Origin: Bacillota bacterium
GTDB lineage: Bacteria; Bacillota; Clostridia; Christensenellales; SZUA-584
Reading direction: 5' to 3'
Assembly (NCBI GenBank): GCA_023397655.1
Contig: JAEWTW010000026.1
Location: 182,463 to 246,462 of the forward strand
DNA: 64,000 bases
Shown here: positions 9,792-19,466 of the stretch, in pieces
Position numbering within the stretch: the first letter of the stretch is position 1
Layout of the letters: each line of letters opens with the position of its first letter
Made by a program: the position numbers and the translations under genes
Notes under the pieces: generated by a model
Seen by the model: the letters and a program-made list of their open reading frames with translations, nothing else
Databases searched by the model: none
Told to the model about the DNA's origin: nothing

Positions 9792-10856
9792 CTACTGAAT
9801 TAATTCCATCACCTGTTCATACGAACCGTACTTTTTACCTGCTTCCACCATCGCCTGCATATTTTCCGGCTTGGTGTTTGCTCCCATTGCACAGCCGGAG
9901 CTTAAAAACAGCCCCCGACCCTTTGTCTTCTCAATTATTTCTTTCGCTTTGGTGTCTACCTGTTGTGGCGTACCAAAGACCAGCGGATCGCTCGGGTCGA
10001 TGTTGCCCATTAGCACCGTTTTCTCTCCGAACAGGCGCCGGGCCTCCCCCATATCAACCTGCCAGTCTACCTCTATGACGTCCGCATTTGTCTTGGCCAT
10101 TTCATTTATTATTTTGGTTGTGTTGCCGCAGATATGTACCGAATAGCGTCCGCCGTACGACTGCACCGCGTTCACCACATCGATCTCATTCTGAAGCGCA
10201 AACTTCACATACGTTTCCGGCGAGACCAAGTTTGGCCCTGCATAAGAATCGCCCATCGATGTGATGTGTGCGCCGGCGTCAATCTGCGCTTTGGCAAACC
10301 GGATATGCGCTTCTTTGCACCATTCCAGAAGCCCCAAAATATCTTCGGGATCTTCGGTGATCAGATCCATCATGAAATTTTGTGTACCACGCAGCAGACA
10401 CGCAAGGTCGAACGGCCCCTGATCGGCCCGGCCCATGATAAAAACGTGTCCGCCGATTTCGCTTACGAGCCGCTCCGTCGTCTCCAGCCACACAGGCAGC
10501 CTGCCGTCTTTAAGCGGATCGGGCAATTTCAAATCCTTATATCCTGTAATGCTGTCGAGCAGGGGGTGGTGTTCATCCGTAGCCACAACTTCTTCATCCC
10601 GATAGATGCACTTCGCCCCGCACGCCTCGGCCAGCGTTGCGTCGTCCACGTCAATAATGCAGCCGTCGTAACCAAATTTGTCCTGACAAATCACATGCGA
10701 TTTTGCAAGTTTTGCGGCGTCAGTGCAAATCTGACCAATTTTATACCCTGCAGTTTTTGCTGAGAATAAAAAAGCCTGCGGAACAACCGGCACCCTGTCT
10801 GCCACGCCGCCTTCCAGAACTGTCATGCATCGCTCAAGCCCTGTCATTGTCTTCAT
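9792..10856 (-). CDS. URO-D/MtaA-family protein, paralogue 3
   Basis: 354 aa. RBS GGAGG. GGVADRVPVVPQ N-terminus and SVHICGNT motif. Confidence 0.75.
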   Translation of the reverse strand: MKTMTGLERCMTVLEGGVADRVPVVPQAFLFSAKTAGYKIGQICTDAAKLAKSHVICQDKFGYDGCIIDVDDATLAEACGAKCIYRDEEVVATDEHHPLLDSITGYKDLKLPDPLKDGRLPVWLETTERLVSEIGGHVFIMGRADQGPFDLACLLRGTQNFMMDLITEDPEDILGLLEWCKEAHIRFAKAQIDAGAHITSMGDSYAGPNLVSPETYVKFALQNEIDVVNAVQSYGGRYSVHICGNTTKIINEMAKTNADVIEVDWQVDMGEARRLFGEKTVLMGNIDPSDPLVFGTPQQVDTKAKEIIEKTKGRGLFLSSGCAMGANTKPENMQAMVEAGKKYGSYEQVMELIQ

Positions 10857-11043
10857 TGAAACCTCCGCTTCGTCTCGAACCGAAAAGAAAACCGTTATTC
10901 AAGTGCATCAGTAAGTTTATCTAATAATTTTCGTTTGTTAAATGTTTTAACTAAGTATTCTACAAAGCTTTAAATATTCCTTCTTTTTTTCAAAAAAAGT
11001 CTGTGTGGTTTATGTGGAGAAAATGAACTTGTCTTATTACCGC

Positions 11044-12021
11044 CTAAATATTTTCGATATAAATTTGATAATCAAACGTAAATGGAACGTCTTTCTTCAT
11101 GGATACACAAGTTGAGACACCCTGCCTGGAAAGTTCGTTTTCACTGCAGCTGATCGCCGTACCAAAATCGAACGCGGAAGCCACCGGCTCGATGCCAAGA
11201 CAAAGGTTGCGTCCGTTCCATGGCTCAAACTGTCTGCCCCGGTTGCTGAACCACAGCAAGAAATTCGGTATCCTGGTATAATCAAACTCAAGCACGGCAC
11301 GATAGCCTTCCGCATGGTTTTCAATACAGACTTTACCTTCTGCCACTCCGGCCATCATGACCACTTCTTCGGTATGCTGTGTCAGCGGCAGCCGCGACAG
11401 GTCGATCGTGCCGCCTTCAGCCAGCGGCATGTTGCTGATGTCTGTGCATGTTGCATTAGTTTTCAGTATTGAAGTTTCGTCTGTCTTGACCGGATACGTG
11501 CCAATCATATGCGTTCTTGGCACGATCAACTTTGCCATACCGGGTGAATCCGGCAATCGAAATATTGGGTGCGCACCAATGGGCAAACACGTATTTTCCC
11601 GTACATACACGCGGTTTTTAAACGATATGCCTTTTCGTCCGTCCAAAAACCCCACTTCACGCTCCACGCGGCTGATAACTGAATCCGTATATTCAATAAA
11701 TACCTGCGTCGAATCCTCCGTGCACTGACGCGTCGCCCACTTGCCGTTGGAGGAGTACCCATGCGCGTACTCTTTTTCTGAATAATTCTGCAGAGCGACA
11801 TATCCCGGAATCTCCGGCTCCGGCCGTACGCCAAATGGCACGCAGAAAAAGTCACCTTTCAAAAAACCGATCAGACCGCTATCTGTATTTTCCGGCCACG
11901 GATGGGAGTAAAATGGATTGATCCGCTTTCCGTCCATATCAAACTCCCCCGTCACCATGCCGCCATGTTCATGGATTCGAATCCAATCACCTTCTCTTTT
12001 CAGCTCGCACAATACTTTCAT
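11044..12021 (-). CDS. hypothetical protein, possibly aldose-1-epimerase-like fold
   Basis: 325 aa. IGAHPIFRL and CLGIEPVASAFD resemble the GxHPYF and ClEP motifs of mutarotase-like proteins. Weak, by-eye call. Confidence 0.4.
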   Translation of the reverse strand: MKVLCELKREGDWIRIHEHGGMVTGEFDMDGKRINPFYSHPWPENTDSGLIGFLKGDFFCVPFGVRPEPEIPGYVALQNYSEKEYAHGYSSNGKWATRQCTEDSTQVFIEYTDSVISRVEREVGFLDGRKGISFKNRVYVRENTCLPIGAHPIFRLPDSPGMAKLIVPRTHMIGTYPVKTDETSILKTNATCTDISNMPLAEGGTIDLSRLPLTQHTEEVVMMAGVAEGKVCIENHAEGYRAVLEFDYTRIPNFLLWFSNRGRQFEPWNGRNLCLGIEPVASAFDFGTAISCSENELSRQGVSTCVSMKKDVPFTFDYQIYIENI

Positions 12022-12275
12022 GTTTCCCCCTCGCTCAAGCCATATCTTTTATCATATATGTATTCAGCAAACGCTGGCCTCATTTAGTGCTATATGATCA
12101 TTGTATATACTGCCGATACTCATACGCATGATCGCATATACGGCAAAGTCATAATTATTCCGCCTAAAAAAATCAAATCTTTCAAAGGAATATTTACTTT
12201 CGTGTAGAATACTTTATCAATATCTTAAATAAAGTATTTGATTTTTGCAAGGATTTTATTACAAAGGATACGGGT

Positions 12276-13451
12276 ATGAATAAGTTTGATGTTGTCGCCG
12301 CAGGGCATATTTGTCTTGATATGTCACTCAAGTTTACATATACACAAGTGAAGGGGATTGAAGAAGTCTTTATTCCTGGAAGACTGATTAACATGAACGG
12401 AGTCGATTTCAGCGCAGGGGGACCGGTCGCCAACACCGGCTTTGCCATCAGCCGCCTCGGGCTCTCCGTACTTCCCATGGCAAACATCGGGTGCGACGAG
12501 TTCGGAAACATTTTGAGCGGCATCGCACAAAAGGAAATAGGTACCGGCGTCACACAGAGCAGCGACGTCACCACTTCCTACTCTGTCGTGCTGGCGCTGC
12601 CGGGCGTTGACCGCATAATACTGCACGACCCGGCAGGCAACAACACATTTACCGCGAATCATATCGATTACGATCGGCTTAGCGATGCAAGGCTGCTCCA
12701 CTTCGGGTACCCGCCGCTGATGGAAAGGATGTATCAGGCAAACGGCATTGAGCTGACCTCGTTGTTTGAGCGGGCAAAACAGACCGGCATCACCACCTCG
12801 CTCGATATGAGCCTGCCCGACGCGGAGTCAGAATCCGGCCGTGTCGATTGGGCCACCATACTCGTCAAAACGCTGCCATATGTGGATATATTCATGCCCA
12901 GCGTTGAAGAAGCATTATTCATGCTGGACAAAGCGGAATACAATCGCGTTAAAAAAGCAGCCGAATCAGACGACTTTACAAAACATATCGACATGACGAA
13001 AATTCGTGATCTTGGGCAGCGCATACTCGGCATGGGCAGCGCCGTTGCGCTGATCAAGTGCGGCGCAAACGGGATCTATATCAAAACGGCAGACGCGGAC
13101 CGTCTCGCAGCTGTCGGGCGCGGCAGACCCGCGAATATCGCCCAGTGGTCAGGCCAAGAGCTCTTCCGCGAAACCTATGTCGTGAACGATTTTAAATCGG
13201 CACTGGCGGGTGGTGACACCACCATTGCCGGGTTTCTTGCCGCGATGCTTGAAGGCTTTAGCCTCAGCGACGCCGCTAAGATTGCGTGCAAAACCGGAGC
13301 ACTTTGCTGCACGACGTTCGATGCGATCAGCGGACTGATGCCGCTCAGTGCAGTCTATCAAAAAACGCTCGACGAACCGGCGCGCAATGTTGTTGACATG
13401 GGCCGCTATGGTTTCGTATTCGATGACAACAATTTGGTCTGGACAAAATAA
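12276..13451 (+). CDS. PfkB-family carbohydrate kinase
   Basis: 391 aa. N-terminal VVAAGHICLD. C-terminal anion-hole-like GGDTTIAGFLAAML. Confidence 0.8.
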   Translation: MNKFDVVAAGHICLDMSLKFTYTQVKGIEEVFIPGRLINMNGVDFSAGGPVANTGFAISRLGLSVLPMANIGCDEFGNILSGIAQKEIGTGVTQSSDVTTSYSVVLALPGVDRIILHDPAGNNTFTANHIDYDRLSDARLLHFGYPPLMERMYQANGIELTSLFERAKQTGITTSLDMSLPDAESESGRVDWATILVKTLPYVDIFMPSVEEALFMLDKAEYNRVKKAAESDDFTKHIDMTKIRDLGQRILGMGSAVALIKCGANGIYIKTADADRLAAVGRGRPANIAQWSGQELFRETYVVNDFKSALAGGDTTIAGFLAAMLEGFSLSDAAKIACKTGALCCTTFDAISGLMPLSAVYQKTLDEPARNVVDMGRYGFVFDDNNLVWTK

Positions 13452-13509
13452 ATCACCCAAAGGAAAAGAACAAAGAACCGGTAAATTTGCCATAGAAAAA
13501 GGAGGAATC

Positions 13510-14559
13510 ATGAATACGTTTGTCCCAAATTATCAAAACTTGATTGACGCCTGCAAAAACATAGAAGCGGAGCGTACGCCTCTCTATGAACATATCATTG
13601 CACCCGAAGTTATGGAGAAAATACTGAATAAGGAATTTGCCGATCTGATAAACGGCAATGACTCCGACAAAACGGAGCACTTTACTCAATACTGCCGCTT
13701 TTTCCGTGAGATGGGATACGACACTGTCAGCTACGAATGCTGTATCGGTCCTGCAATGCCAGGGAGCGGTGCGCTCGGCGGGCATGCTCCCGGCGTGATC
13801 AAGACCCGGAAGGATTTCGACAGCTATCCCTGGGAACAGATACCGCAGTTCTTCTTTGATAAATTTGCGGAAAACTACGAGATCATGGGTACGTGTCTCC
13901 CCCAAGGCATGAAAGCGGTGGGTGGTCCGGGCAACGGCGTTTTCGAGCTCGTGCAGGACGTTGTTGGCTATGAGCAGCTTTGTCTGATATCCATCGACGA
14001 TCCGGAGCTGTATCAAGATCTGTTCAGCACCGTCGGTAAAATGATGGGCCGCATCTGGGACGAATTTCTGCGTCGTTTCGGCAACCTGTATGCCGTATCC
14101 CGTTTCGGCGACGACCTTGGGTTCAAGAGTTCCACACTGCTGTCGCCCGAAGACATCAAAAAGAACATCATACCACAGTATCAGCATATCGTATCCGTGA
14201 TCCACTCTCACGGCAAACCCTTCCTGTATCACTCATGCGGCAAAAACTTTGCGGTCATGGACGATATTATTGATATCGCTAAAATTGACGCCAAGCACTC
14301 CAACGAGGACGATATTGCGCCGTTCAGCGAGTGGGTTGACCGATATGGCGAAAGAATCGGCAATTTCGGAGGCGTGGATATGGACCACCTCTGCAGCAAG
14401 ACTGAGAAGGAAATCACCGAAATCGTCCATGATGTCATGAGCTACTGCAAAGGCAAGGGTGGCTTCGCGCTTGGGTCAGGCAACTCCATTCCGGATTATG
14501 TGCCGCCGGAAGGTTATCTTGCAATGGTAAACGCGGCAAGGGCTTTCCGTGGAGATTGA
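13510..14559 (+). CDS. URO-D/MtaA-family protein, paralogue 4
   Basis: Start moved to ATG 13510 behind AAGGAGGA. LYHSCGKN motif. The ORF-track N-terminal extension overlaps the kinase gene. Confidence 0.75.
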   Translation: MNTFVPNYQNLIDACKNIEAERTPLYEHIIAPEVMEKILNKEFADLINGNDSDKTEHFTQYCRFFREMGYDTVSYECCIGPAMPGSGALGGHAPGVIKTRKDFDSYPWEQIPQFFFDKFAENYEIMGTCLPQGMKAVGGPGNGVFELVQDVVGYEQLCLISIDDPELYQDLFSTVGKMMGRIWDEFLRRFGNLYAVSRFGDDLGFKSSTLLSPEDIKKNIIPQYQHIVSVIHSHGKPFLYHSCGKNFAVMDDIIDIAKIDAKHSNEDDIAPFSEWVDRYGERIGNFGGVDMDHLCSKTEKEITEIVHDVMSYCKGKGGFALGSGNSIPDYVPPEGYLAMVNAARAFRGD

Positions 14560-14740
14560 GTTTCTTGACTATTGCCGCATTCAACATTTTTAACTTAGTG
14601 TTAGCCAATACTTTTATTCATTATAGCATTCAGAAAATTCGAATGAAAGCATCGGCATAGGCGGCATCGTTCTTGGTGCTAGGTTAATGCTATAACACCT
14701 CAAACTTATATAAATGTGGAAGTACTCTTTTACAAAACAC

Positions 14741-14762
14741 AAAACCCTATTTCAAGGGTTTT
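14741..14762 (+). terminator. hairpin downstream of the sugar locus
   Basis: aaaaccct / atttca / agggtttt followed by taataat. Confidence 0.5.
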
Positions 14763-14883
14763 AATAATCTTGGCGCAGCGAAACGAAAACACATTCTGTG
14801 TTCTTGAACGGTTTTGAGTAACAGTATCAATAAATTGGTCCTCAACTTTTGTATGTGTTACCAGGATAAATTTGTTTTGCTAT

Positions 14884-14911
14884 TTGCATAGTTGAACGAT
14901 TAATATATACT
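14884..14911 (+). promoter_or_regulatory. candidate sigma-70-type promoter of the nqr-like operon
   Basis: TTGCAT, 16 nt spacer, TATACT, located ~70 nt upstream of 14982. Confidence 0.3.
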
Positions 14912-14981
14912 ATTATCGTACTCTATTATAAAGGATATTACTTAAGCCAGCTTAGACGAAATGATCTGACACGGGGGAATT

Positions 14982-15950
14982 ATGATAAAGATCAAAAATT
15001 ATTTCCTGAAACAGAAGATGATGACCCGGGTCCTCATAAGCCTGTTGCCCGTTCTTCTTGCATCCGAATACTTCTTCGGTTTGCGTACGCTTGTGCTGCT
15101 GTCCGTGGTCACCATAACCGGGATTATATGCGAATACGGCATCATGCGATTGATTGACGGCAACAAGGCCAAGGTTTCCGAGGCGCTCTTTGTGACCTGC
15201 CTGTTGTTTACGCTGACACTGCCGCCGACCGTGCCATTCTGGATCGCCGCTGTCGGAATAGCGTTTGGCGTTGTCTTCGGAAAATGTGTTTTCGGCGGAT
15301 TCGGCAGAAACATTTTCAATCCGGCGTTGGTGGGCAGATGTCTGATTTATGTTTCATTCCCGGCGTATATGACGATAGCTTGGGCTGAGCCTTTTAGCGG
15401 CTTTCCGGGAGGCTTAATAAGATGGAGCGGGGGCGTTGACGCGATGACATCCGCTACGCCGATGATTTCATTTAACAAGGAAGGAATCATGACCGATCAT
15501 CTGCGCCTGTTTCTTGGAAATATATCAGGTTCGCTTGGCGAGACATGTGCGCTTATCATTTTAGTGGCTGCGGTTTATCTGATCGTGACGAAAACAGCTT
15601 CCTGGAAAATAATCGTGTCATGTCTGGCTTCATTTGCAGTGTTTGGCTCCATACTATACCTGACGGGAGTCATTGCGACAGATCCCCTGTTTTCAATACT
15701 GTCCGGCGGTTTCCTCTTCGCGGCGGTCTTCATGGCGACCGATCCAATCTCAGCGCCGAAACAGGAAGCATCAAAGTATATTTATGGTGCATTGATCGGT
15801 GTGGTTGCGATGATAATCAGAGCATTTTCGATCTTCACGGAAGGCATCATGTTTGCGATTCTGATCGTCAATGCATTCGTACCGTTGATAGATCGAAATA
15901 TCAAAATAATTAGTGACAAAAGAAAAGCCGGAAAGAAGGTGACAGCATGA
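14982..15950 (+). CDS. NqrB/RnfD-family membrane subunit
   Basis: 322 aa polytopic protein. Flavinylation-type motif MTSATP. First gene of a B-C-D-E-F ordered cluster. Confidence 0.85.
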   Translation: MIKIKNYFLKQKMMTRVLISLLPVLLASEYFFGLRTLVLLSVVTITGIICEYGIMRLIDGNKAKVSEALFVTCLLFTLTLPPTVPFWIAAVGIAFGVVFGKCVFGGFGRNIFNPALVGRCLIYVSFPAYMTIAWAEPFSGFPGGLIRWSGGVDAMTSATPMISFNKEGIMTDHLRLFLGNISGSLGETCALIILVAAVYLIVTKTASWKIIVSCLASFAVFGSILYLTGVIATDPLFSILSGGFLFAAVFMATDPISAPKQEASKYIYGALIGVVAMIIRAFSIFTEGIMFAILIVNAFVPLIDRNIKIISDKRKAGKKVTA

Positions 15951-16549
15951 AGCAAGGACGCATCTATACCGTTGTTTTCATGCTGATAGTCAGCGCGTTT
16001 TTCACTTTACTGCTGGCTGGGGCGAACCAGCTCTATCTGCCAAAAATTCAAGAGAATGAGAAGCTGGCAGAAAGAATAGCGATACTTTATGTTTTTGATA
16101 TCGATCAGAGCGGCAGCGCCGAAGAGGTGCTTAAGCGGTTCGATCAAAATGTCAAACAGACGACGGTTTCCGGAGTCGAGATGTATGAAAACACATCCGC
16201 AGACGGGAAACCGATAGCCTATGCCGTCCCTTTTACCGGGCCCGGATTGTGGGGCAGTATTTCAGGCTATTTGGGCGTTTCGAGCGACCTGGATCACATC
16301 ACCGGTCTGGTTTTCACCGATCAGAGCGAGACCCCGGGGCTTGGGGGACGCATCGATGAATTGGCTTATCGGGAGCAATTCAGGGGTTTGAAGATCTCGC
16401 CTGGGACAACACTGGCTTACGGAAAACAGGGAGACAGTCAGATCGACGCCATTACCGGTGCGACGTTAACGTCAAATTCGGTCATGCGCATTTTGAATGG
16501 GCTGCTTCAGGAAACCGTCAGCAAACTGGAGGTGACAGGCAATGGCTGA
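15947..16549 (+). CDS. NqrC/RnfG-family FMN-binding subunit
   Basis: 200 aa. N-terminal TM helix. DAITGATLTSNSV flavin attachment motif. 4-nt overlap with the upstream gene. Confidence 0.85.
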   Translation: MKQGRIYTVVFMLIVSAFFTLLLAGANQLYLPKIQENEKLAERIAILYVFDIDQSGSAEEVLKRFDQNVKQTTVSGVEMYENTSADGKPIAYAVPFTGPGLWGSISGYLGVSSDLDHITGLVFTDQSETPGLGGRIDELAYREQFRGLKISPGTTLAYGKQGDSQIDAITGATLTSNSVMRILNGLLQETVSKLEVTGNG

Positions 16550-17153
16550 GAAAATGAAGGAAGTCATTTCGAGAAATGTCTGGAAGGACAATCAAGTATT
16601 GCGGCAGATCCTCGGTATCTGCTCGAGTCTCGCAGTCACCAACCTGATGACAAATTCGCTGGTCATGGGACTTGGGCTGACGTTTGTAACGGCTTTTTCC
16701 AGCCTGACGATTTCGCTGCTGCGCAATGTGATCCCGCATAAAGTCAGAATGATCGTGCAAACATTGATCATTGCGGCTTATGTTATTCTGGTCGATATTT
16801 TTCTGAAAGCCAATATGCCCGATATCAGCAAGGCTCTCGGTCCGTATGTGGGCCTCATCATCACAAACTGTATTATCATGGGGCGAGCGGAGGCTTATGC
16901 TCAGAAAAATCCGCCGCTGCTTTCCATGCTGGACGGTTTCTTCGCAGGTATCGGCTATACTGTCGTGCTCCTGATCATCGCGCTGGTTCGAGAGCTGCTT
17001 GGCTTTGGAACAATTTTCGGCTTCAACGTGAATTTCGTTGGGTTTGAGACATGGACCATCATGGTCATGCCGCCGGCGGCGTTCTTCCTGATAGGCGTTT
17101 TGATCTGGATCACATCGAACATTTTCGCCCCGGGTAAGGGCAAGAAATCTTAA
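16542..17153 (+). CDS. NqrD/RnfE-family membrane subunit
   Basis: 203 aa hydrophobic protein. Overlaps the upstream gene. Typical ...GICSSLAVT... segment. Confidence 0.8.
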   Translation: MAEKMKEVISRNVWKDNQVLRQILGICSSLAVTNLMTNSLVMGLGLTFVTAFSSLTISLLRNVIPHKVRMIVQTLIIAAYVILVDIFLKANMPDISKALGPYVGLIITNCIIMGRAEAYAQKNPPLLSMLDGFFAGIGYTVVLLIIALVRELLGFGTIFGFNVNFVGFETWTIMVMPPAAFFLIGVLIWITSNIFAPGKGKKS

Positions 17154-17180
17154 ATAGATTGGAAAGGAGCGGACACGTCT

Positions 17181-17774
17181 ATGACAAGCGGCATTAACCC
17201 ATTGGTCATATTTTTTGCATCTATACTGACAAGCAATATGATACTATCGAATTTCCTCGGCATGTGTTCATATATCTCCATATCGGCAGAGTACAAGACG
17301 GCTTCCAGCCTTGGCAAATCAGTGACTTTGGTCATGGTTTTCACAACAGTGATCAATTTCTGGGTTTACAAGCTGATAATCGTACCGCTGGGCCTTCAAT
17401 ATCTGCAGTATGTTCTGTTTATCATTATAATCGCGGCTTTAGTACAGATCATTGAAATGGCTATGGACAGGCTGCTGCCGGACTTACATGTCAAGCTCGG
17501 CATCTTCCTTCCGCTGATCACAGTCAACTGTGCGATTTTGGGTACTACGCTGTTTATGGTCATCCGAGATTACAACTTCCTCCAGTCTTTGCTGTTCGGG
17601 TTGGGCAGCGGGCTTGGCTGGTGGCTGGCGATCAGCGCGCTGGCAGCTATCCGTGAGAAAATGGGGAAGACGAAATTACCACGGGGTCTTGAAGGTCCGG
17701 GGATAGCATTTATCATTACAGGCATTATGGCTCTGGCTTTTATCGGTTTTTCCGGTATCTTCACGATAAGCTGA
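17181..17774 (+). CDS. NqrE/RnfA-family membrane subunit
   Basis: 197 aa hydrophobic protein. LGMCSYISIS and ITVNCAILG segments. Confidence 0.8.
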   Translation: MTSGINPLVIFFASILTSNMILSNFLGMCSYISISAEYKTASSLGKSVTLVMVFTTVINFWVYKLIIVPLGLQYLQYVLFIIIIAALVQIIEMAMDRLLPDLHVKLGIFLPLITVNCAILGTTLFMVIRDYNFLQSLLFGLGSGLGWWLAISALAAIREKMGKTKLPRGLEGPGIAFIITGIMALAFIGFSGIFTIS

Positions 17775-17793
17775 GCATATGGGAGCAGCAACT

Positions 17794-18891
17794 ATGGAAA
17801 TACTGACAACAGTATTGAGCGTAACCGGGATATCCGTCGCGTTGGCACTTATAATAATTGTGGCCGAGTACTTTTTTAACAATTATGGCGAATGCGAGAT
17901 TGATATCAATAACGGCGATAAAGTGCTCAAGGTTGAAGGCGGATCTTCTCTGCTTTCAACTCTTGCGGCGCAGAAAATATTTATTCCGTCCGCCTGTGGC
18001 GGCAAAGCGACTTGCGGGCTGTGTAAAGTGCAGATACTTGAAGGTGCTGGTCCTCTGCTGCCAACCGAAGAACCGTATCTCAGTGAGGATGAGCGGCAAA
18101 ACAATTATCGGCTATCCTGTCAGGTGAAAGTCAAAAATAATATCCGCATTCTGATACCGGCAGAGCTCTTCAGTATCAAGGAATATATCACGACAATACA
18201 ATCAATTGAGACATTGACACATGATATCAAAGGTTTCCGATTCAGGCTGCCTGCGGGAGAAACAGTGCACTTTAAAGCCGGGCAGTACATGCAGCTTTAT
18301 ACCAAGCCTTATGCCAAGATTAAAGAGAGCGTCTACCGTGCATATTCCATTGCGAGTGTCCCTTCGGATAATGAAGCGATTGAGTTAATTCTGCGGCTGG
18401 TACCGGACGGCATCTGTACAACCTACGCGCATACGCAGTTGAAAGAAGGGGATCAGGTCAACATCAGCGGGCCCTACGGTGATTTCTATTTACGGGGTAA
18501 CTGCAGTGAAATCATCATGATAGCAGGCGGCTCCGGCCTGGCGCCTATCAAATCAATTATCCTCGATGTGCTCGAAAAAGGAATTGATATAAAAATGAAT
18601 TTCTTCTTCGGTGCCGTCACTAAAAAGGATCTCTATTATCTGGATTTTTTCTACGATCTGGCAACGCACCATGACAATTTCCGATTCATTCCCGCGTTAT
18701 CCAAACCTGCTCCTGATGACAATTGGGACGGAGAGGTTGGTCTGATTACCGAGGTCGTCGACCGTTATGTTAATGACGGTTCAAATATGGAAGCCTACCT
18801 TTGCGGCAGCCCCGGAATGATAGATGCCTGCATCAAAGTATTGGCTGCGAAAGGCATACCGGAAGAAAAAGTATACTACGACAAATTCTAA
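17794..18891 (+). CDS. nqrF: NqrF-like subunit (TM anchor + 2Fe-2S ferredoxin + FAD/NAD(P)-binding reductase)
   Basis: Start placed at ATG 17794 (GGAG 8 nt upstream); the ORF-track start is 17779. CGGKATCGLCKV...C ferredoxin motif. RAYSIAS FAD site. GGSGLAPIKS NAD site. Confidence 0.8.
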   Translation: MEILTTVLSVTGISVALALIIIVAEYFFNNYGECEIDINNGDKVLKVEGGSSLLSTLAAQKIFIPSACGGKATCGLCKVQILEGAGPLLPTEEPYLSEDERQNNYRLSCQVKVKNNIRILIPAELFSIKEYITTIQSIETLTHDIKGFRFRLPAGETVHFKAGQYMQLYTKPYAKIKESVYRAYSIASVPSDNEAIELILRLVPDGICTTYAHTQLKEGDQVNISGPYGDFYLRGNCSEIIMIAGGSGLAPIKSIILDVLEKGIDIKMNFFFGAVTKKDLYYLDFFYDLATHHDNFRFIPALSKPAPDDNWDGEVGLITEVVDRYVNDGSNMEAYLCGSPGMIDACIKVLAAKGIPEEKVYYDKF

Positions 18892-18906
18892 GCAGGAGGC
18901 CTGCGC

Positions 18907-19365
18907 ATGAAACAGAGTCCTGAACTTAATCTAATTCAAGCAAATATGGTACCCGGCTCGCTGTCGGCACACGGCTTCCTTGGCGACGACAGCCGCAACC
19001 TGACGGATATACTCCGCGCCGATGCCAAAGCTCTTAAACAAGCAGGAATCACGCAGCAAGCGCTGGCTGATAAGATGCAGAAGCTGACCGATTTTGGCAT
19101 GCAGGGTCTGGGCCGGCCAATGCTTATGGATGGCGGTTTCGAGATTGAGGTCGAAGATTATATGGGGAAACTGCCCTGCCCCTTCAGGGACAACGCCAGG
19201 GTGGACAAACGCCAGACTCGGGTCAGGAGGCTTGATACCGGTGTCATGATGCGCTGGACAGATCTCAACATCCACATGATCCGAGAACATGGCTTCTTTG
19301 AAGGCCACGGAAGCATCTACCGACTTGACCCTGATGTGCTGGTCAGATTTCTCGGAATGATCTAG
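18907..19365 (+). CDS. hypothetical protein, last gene before the island junction
   Basis: 152-aa ORF with AGGAGG RBS. No motif recognised. Confidence 0.5.
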   Translation: MKQSPELNLIQANMVPGSLSAHGFLGDDSRNLTDILRADAKALKQAGITQQALADKMQKLTDFGMQGLGRPMLMDGGFEIEVEDYMGKLPCPFRDNARVDKRQTRVRRLDTGVMMRWTDLNIHMIREHGFFEGHGSIYRLDPDVLVRFLGMI

Positions 19366-19413
19366 CGGCTGCCGCAATACAGACTGAAAAGACACAGCCA
19401 AGTGAGAAAACAA

Positions 19414-19463
19414 TAGTGCATCCATGTATATGAAGTGCCTTACTTCACGCTATGGATGCACTA
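19414..19463. terminator. long hairpin at the chromosome/island junction
   Basis: tagtgcatccat ... atggatgcacta (12-bp arms, with inner gaagt/acttc pairing). Ends 3 nt before the LSR stop codon. Confidence 0.55.
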
Positions 19464-19466
19464 CTA

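Noticed and set aside
14560-14981. Searched the region upstream of the nqr-like operon for a degraded nqrA/rnfC.
   Set aside because: There are only 420 bp, it is AT-rich, and it contains a terminator hairpin and promoter-like elements. No protein-like frame is present.
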